Source: Spirochaetia bacterium (GTDB lineage Bacteria > Spirochaetota > Spirochaetia > SZUA-6 > Bin103). From it: 64,000 bases of DNA. Below, piece after piece: positions 59,501 through 64,000 of the stretch. The position numbers and the translations under genes are program-made. Within the stretch, counting starts at the first letter, position 1. Each line of letters begins with the position of its first letter. The stretch spans positions 704,001-768,000 of the forward strand of contig CBDAOI010000004.1 in NCBI GenBank assembly GCA_965198005.1, written 5' to 3'. The notes under the pieces are model-generated. The model saw nothing but the letters and a program-made list of their open reading frames with translations. It was not told where the DNA came from and ran no database searches.

Positions 59501-62152
59501 TCATCGCGGCAGATACCGGTCGTGCAACTGGTCGGCCACCACACCCTCCGCCATCCACTGGTCGATGCGGGCATCGAGGTGGCCGAGCTCGCGCAGCACC
59601 GCGCGGGTGTCGCTGCCGACCTTGGGCATCGGGGCGGTCAGACGCGGCCAAGCGCCGCCGAACCGCGCGTAGGTCGGCGCCGGCAGGTAGGAGGCGCCGC
59701 CGAACGGGTGCTCGGGCATGCGCACGATGGCGATCGAGCGGCCGTCGTCCCAGCCGCTACGCCGATCCGGATACACGGTGTGCAGGTAGCGCGCGCGAAT
59801 GTCCTCCAGGGAATCGACGCGGTGACAGCCGAGGCCGGCGGCCCGGAACGCGTCCTCCCAGAAGGCAACCGGTTGGCGGGCGATCGCGGCCTCCAGCCGT
59901 GTCACCCGCTCCGCGTCCGCTTCGGCGCCGGCGGCGAGCGGCACCTCGGCCAACTCCTGAATCGCGCTCAACCGGTCCACCTCCGACGGCAGCCCCGCCA
60001 GGAACAGCCAGCCGTCGCGCGCCCGGTAGATGCGCTGCAGGGCATGCTCCCCTTGCAGCTCGCAGCCGTGCGGCTCGGAGCCCGGGGCGTGCGCCGCGGT
60101 GGCCCACAGGAACGGCGCCTGCACCAGTTGCGCGCCCTGCGCCAGCGAGGTGAACACCAGGTCGCCGCCGCCGCGCACGCGCCGCTGCAGCAGCGCCAGC
60201 GCCACCCCCAGCGCGCCGGAGTAGCCGGTCAGGTAGTCGACGCACGATGCATAGCCGTGCAGCTCCGGTTTGCGCCCGCGGCCGCCGTAGCGCAGCATGA
60301 TGCCGGTGGCGGTCTGCAGCACCGGATCGAACCCCGCCAGATTCATCCACGGTCCGGGGCGCGGCCCGTTGAACGCGGTCAGGCTGAGGTACACGATCTC
60401 TGGATTGCGGCGGGCGACGCTCGGGTAGTCGATCTCCAACCGTTCGGCCACGCCGGGACGGAAGTTGTGGACGATTACGTCGGCGCGTTGCAGGAGCTGG
60501 TCGAAGATCGCCCTCCCGGCCGGGCGCTTGAGGTCGAGAATGATGCTGCGCTTGCCCTGGCTGACCTCGATCGGGCTCCAGCAGGTCGTGCGCGGCCCGA
60601 AGTAGGGGTTCGGCGAGTCGATCTTGATCACCTCGGCGCCGTACTCGGCCAGGGTGCGGGCCGCGCACGGTCCGGCCAGGACGGTGGACAGGTCGAGCAC
60701 GGTGATGCCCTTGAGGATGGCGGCGGCGGCGCCCGCGTCCGGGGCCGGCGGGGTGTCCGGGGCCGCCGCCGTGTCCGGGGCCGCCGCTGCCGCCGCGTCC
60801 GGCTGGCCGCCGCGGTTGCCGGCGTGGCCGCTCGGGTGGGCGGCGGGGTGGGCCCTGGGGTCGGCGCCGCCGTTCAGGAGTGTGGCCAGATCGGCCGGGC
60901 GGGCCGGCCTCGGCTGCAGCCACGCGTCCGGCGTGCGCGCCAGCGAGGTCTGCACCCCGAACTGGCGCACCGGCCCGTGCCCGGGGTCGTCCACCGTGAC
61001 GGTCAGGGCGGACGCCTCCGGTTCCGGCGCCTGCAGCCACGCGCGGGTGGTGCGGTGGACGCTGAACGGCACGCCGAAGCGGGCCATGATCGCGGTCCAC
61101 TCCGCCGCCGGCCGGCGGCGGAAGGCGGCCGCCATGCGCGCGCGCACCAGCTCGGTCCAGTGCGGCGACAGATTCTCCATGTACTGCACGTTGTCGGTGC
61201 GGGTCAGATCCTCCCACGCCGGCCGGTCGGTCATGCCGGCGGCGATCAGGTCGTCGTAGATCTCCAGCGCCTGCACCAGCTGCGTGCTGTGGCGGCGGTT
61301 GGAGCCGGCCCACATGAAGACCCACTCGCCGTCGGCGGTCCGATAGCTGTCGGTCAGGGGCGGCGTCAGGGGGGCCAGCTCGTCGATCAGTTGCCGTTGC
61401 TCGGCGGCGTCCGCGTGCTGCATCCGCTGCCGGCGCTGCGCCAGGTCGGCGGGGCCGCGCGGCCGGTATCCGGGCGGTGGCTCCTCCACCATCTGCAGCA
61501 CCATCGAGCCCATCGCCGACAGCATCGCGCCGCTCAGCGGCACCTCGATTACCTCCCCCCGCCCGCTGGCGGCACGAGCGTAGAGCGCCAGCGTGACCGC
61601 CAGCGCGCCGTGCACCGCGGCGTAGGCGGAGCTGACCGGCAGCGGGGTGTAGACCGGGGGCGCGGCCAGCGCCCGCCGCCGCGTATGCAGGTCGGTGAAC
61701 AGCCCGGTGGCGGCGCTCACCACGCCTTCGAACGCGCGGATCGACGCGCGCGGCTGGTCGCCGGACACGAAGCCGGGCAGCGACAGATAGACCAGGCGCG
61801 GGTTCTCGGCGGTCAGCGCCGCCGGGTCGAGGCCGTGACGCCGCATCACGCCCGGCCGGAAGTTCTCGATCGCGACGTCGGCCGACAGCACCAGTCGGCG
61901 CGCCTGTTCCCGGTGCGCGGCGTCGTGGAGGTCGAGCTGCAGCCGCTGCTTGCCGCGGTTGAGCACCGCGTCCAACGGGGAGCCGTCCGCGCCGACGCCG
62001 GGGCGATCGACCTTGATCACCTCGGCGCCCTGATCGGCCAGCAGCATCCCGGCCAGCGGCCCGGCCAGATAGTGCCCGAAGTCGATTACGCGGATGCCCT
62101 GCAGGGGCGGGGCTCCGTCGGCGGTCTGCGTGGTTTGCCTCTTCCGCGTCAC
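59501..62152 (-). CDS. Family III CoA transferase (CaiB/BaiF), tandem two-domain form
   Basis: SD AAAGGAG then GTG; two LAGP...GAEVIK.D, GK and NFRPGV motifs. Confidence 0.9.
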   Translation of the reverse strand: MTRKRQTTQTADGAPPLQGIRVIDFGHYLAGPLAGMLLADQGAEVIKVDRPGVGADGSPLDAVLNRGKQRLQLDLHDAAHREQARRLVLSADVAIENFRPGVMRRHGLDPAALTAENPRLVYLSLPGFVSGDQPRASIRAFEGVVSAATGLFTDLHTRRRALAAPPVYTPLPVSSAYAAVHGALAVTLALYARAASGRGEVIEVPLSGAMLSAMGSMVLQMVEEPPPGYRPRGPADLAQRRQRMQHADAAEQRQLIDELAPLTPPLTDSYRTADGEWVFMWAGSNRRHSTQLVQALEIYDDLIAAGMTDRPAWEDLTRTDNVQYMENLSPHWTELVRARMAAAFRRRPAAEWTAIMARFGVPFSVHRTTRAWLQAPEPEASALTVTVDDPGHGPVRQFGVQTSLARTPDAWLQPRPARPADLATLLNGGADPRAHPAAHPSGHAGNRGGQPDAAAAAAPDTAAAPDTPPAPDAGAAAAILKGITVLDLSTVLAGPCAARTLAEYGAEVIKIDSPNPYFGPRTTCWSPIEVSQGKRSIILDLKRPAGRAIFDQLLQRADVIVHNFRPGVAERLEIDYPSVARRNPEIVYLSLTAFNGPRPGPWMNLAGFDPVLQTATGIMLRYGGRGRKPELHGYASCVDYLTGYSGALGVALALLQRRVRGGGDLVFTSLAQGAQLVQAPFLWATAAHAPGSEPHGCELQGEHALQRIYRARDGWLFLAGLPSEVDRLSAIQELAEVPLAAGAEADAERVTRLEAAIARQPVAFWEDAFRAAGLGCHRVDSLEDIRARYLHTVYPDRRSGWDDGRSIAIVRMPEHPFGGASYLPAPTYARFGGAWPRLTAPMPKVGSDTRAVLRELGHLDARIDQWMAEGVVADQLHDRYLPR

Positions 62153-62203
62153 AGGGTCTCCTTTGGGTAGCCCAAGGGTACCGGGCCGGGCTACGGTCCG
62201 TCC

Positions 62204-62986
62204 ATGATCGCTACCCTGATCAACGCGGCGGCGGTGGTGGCCGGCGCCGCCATCGGCCTGCTGTTCCGCCGCTCGATCAACGAGTCGGCCCACGGCGAAC
62301 GCTATCGGACGGCGGTGTACGGCGGCATCGGGGTGATCACGCTGGTGATCGGCTTCCGGCTGAGCTTCGAGTCGCGCCAGATCGTGTTCCTCGCGCTGGC
62401 GGTGGCCAGCGGCGGGCTGCTCGGGGAGTGGTGGCGGATCGAGGACGGCATCACCCGCCTGGGCGGCGTGCTGCACCGGCTGGTGGAGCGCGGTCGGGGC
62501 GGTCGGGGCGGTCGGGGCGTGCACCGGGATGACGCCTCCGCCGGCGAGAGCGCCAGCGACAACGACAGCGCGCGCCAGGGGTTCGCCGCCGCTTTCCTGA
62601 ACGCCTCGGTGCTGTTCTGCGTGGGCGCGATGACGCTGGTGGGGTCGTTCCGGGCGGGGGCCGAGGGCGACTACGAGCTGCTGCTCACCAAGTCGGTGCT
62701 GGACGGCTTCATGTCGGTGTTGCTGGCGGCGGCCATGGGGATCGGGGTGGCGTTCGCCAGCCTGGTGATTCTGGTCTACCAGGGTGGGCTGACGCTGCTG
62801 GCCGGCACCCTGCAGCCGCTGGTAACCCCGGCGCTGCTGGCGGAGCTGAGCGCCGTGGGCGGCGTGCTGATCGTGATGATCGGCATCAACCTGCTGGGGC
62901 TGCGGCGGCTCCGGACCGCCAACTTCCTGCCCGCCTTCCCGGTCATGGTCGGGCTGGTGGCGCTGCAACCGCTGCTCCCGGGCTGA
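62204..62986 (+). CDS. DUF554 family membrane protein
   Basis: TLINA, GLLGE, ASVLFCVGAM, KSVLDG, YQG, ANFLP. Confidence 0.92.
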   Translation: MIATLINAAAVVAGAAIGLLFRRSINESAHGERYRTAVYGGIGVITLVIGFRLSFESRQIVFLALAVASGGLLGEWWRIEDGITRLGGVLHRLVERGRGGRGGRGVHRDDASAGESASDNDSARQGFAAAFLNASVLFCVGAMTLVGSFRAGAEGDYELLLTKSVLDGFMSVLLAAAMGIGVAFASLVILVYQGGLTLLAGTLQPLVTPALLAELSAVGGVLIVMIGINLLGLRRLRTANFLPAFPVMVGLVALQPLLPG

Positions 62987-63029
62987 GCGGGCGTGGCGGG
63001 CGCGCGGGGCGGCGGCGTGGCTGGGCGAG

Positions 63030-63342
63030 TTCGGGCCGCGGGACGGGCAGGCGGCGCTGGCGCTGGGGCTGCTGGTGGCGGTGTGCTACTTCCCGGCGCT
63101 GGCTGGCGGGTTCGTGTGGGACGACGTGATCTTCGCCGAGGAGCCGGTGATTCACTCACCGTCCGGCCTGCGCAGCATCTGGTTGGCACCGGCCGACATC
63201 AAGAACGAAGGGCACTACTGGCCGCTGGTCTACACCGGTTTCTGGCTGGAGCACAAGCTGTGGGGGCTGGCGCCGGTCGGGTACCACGCGGTGAACATCG
63301 TTTTGCACCTGCTGAACAGCCTGCTGCTGTGGCGGCTGCTGG
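63030..63342 (+). pseudogene. TMTC-like (GT-C/TPR) protein N-terminal fragment
   Basis: YFPALAGGFVWDD, HYWPL, WLEHKLWG, GYHAVN..LH..N; ends at the DUF222 remnant. Confidence 0.75.
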
Positions 63343-63597
63343 TGCGGGCGGCGCCGAGGTCGAGGCCGGTGCGCCAGTTGAGCCAGTGGGCGCAGGAGCG
63401 GAAGCCTTCCCAGCCGTGGCGGCGGTCGAACTACGCGTAGGTCACAGAGCAGGTCGCAGGTGGCGGCCTGGATGCGGGCGGAGAGTTCGGCGATGCGGTC
63501 GCCGAGCTGATCCAGGTCGAGCGGGGCGGCCGGCGCCGGGGGCGGGGCCGGTGGCGGCGCCGTGCGGGATGCTGATTGTTCCATGGCGGTTTCCATG
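63343..63597 (-). pseudogene. DUF222 (HNH-associated, 13E12-like) N-terminal fragment
   Basis: LGDRIAELSARIQAAT..LL, then FDRRHGWEGFRSCAHWLNWRTGLDLGAAR after a 1-nt shift. Confidence 0.78.
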
Positions 63598-64000
63598 GCT
63601 GTATGGTACACCCGGTTTTGGACGGGGCCGTAGGCGGCCGTGGCGGGCTTGGTTCGGCGATTTTGGAGTTTCGTGGCCGGATTGGGGTTGGCGGCCGCTC
63701 CAGCGCAGGCTAGGGCCCGGGTGCGGGAGATGGTGGCGTGGGTTGGCGCGGGGCCGCGGCGGGCTGTGAAAACCGTGTCAAGCTCCAAACGCCGCTCAAC
63801 AGCGATTTTTCGATTTTTTTGGAGAGAGCCCCGCGCCCGGTCGCACGCGCTCGCACCGCCCTGCGTGACACTTTGTCACCCCTGCGCTGCAATCGTCCTC
63901 CAAACCAGATCTTGCCCCTCTGATTCACTCAATACGAGACCTACACCCAATTGACAGGCAGCGGCCCGAAGGGCTCACTAAGGGCGACGTGACGAGCGAC

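Noticed and set aside
57992-62170. Very long antisense or alternate-frame ORFs (1392 aa here; also 34669-37227, 55507-58104, 19958-22258, 5782-7548)
   Set aside because: Shadow ORFs of real genes in high-GC DNA; no recognisable motifs.

Overview
High-GC bacterial chromosome segment. The expanded family-5 ABC solute-binding proteins, TMTC-like and DUF222 fragments resemble sponge-symbiont Spirochaetaceae-type genomes; this is inference only. Intact housekeeping blocks: aspS, an oppBCDF-like operon, ribA with a MoxR/DUF58/transglutaminase module, moeA-moaACDE-msrPQ, clpB, an FAH-family gene, trkAH, a double CaiB/BaiF CoA transferase and DUF554. These alternate with scrambled accessory patches (~0.7-5.1, 24.9-27.3, 32.8-33.7, 37.2-55.5 and 63-64 kb) made of peptide-ABC-transporter paralogues and fragments, type II toxin-antitoxin modules (most toxins disabled) and IS elements (two CTAG-targeting ISs, an IS91-like Y2 transposase, IS21 and ISNCY remnants). 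Most unusual observations: (1) an IS91-like HUH transposase whose only lesions are four 10-20 nt hairpin micro-insertions; (2) an Rpn nuclease gene with an internal RpnS-like start, bracketed by 26-bp inverted repeats; (3) a 5 x 126-bp structured tandem array behind a promoter-like motif with a poly-G spacer; (4) an intact ABC operon whose two ATPases both carry substitutions at catalytic motifs; (5) stacked CTAG footprints. No rRNA, tRNA or CRISPR array was recognised. Family assignments come from motif recognition by eye, not database searches.
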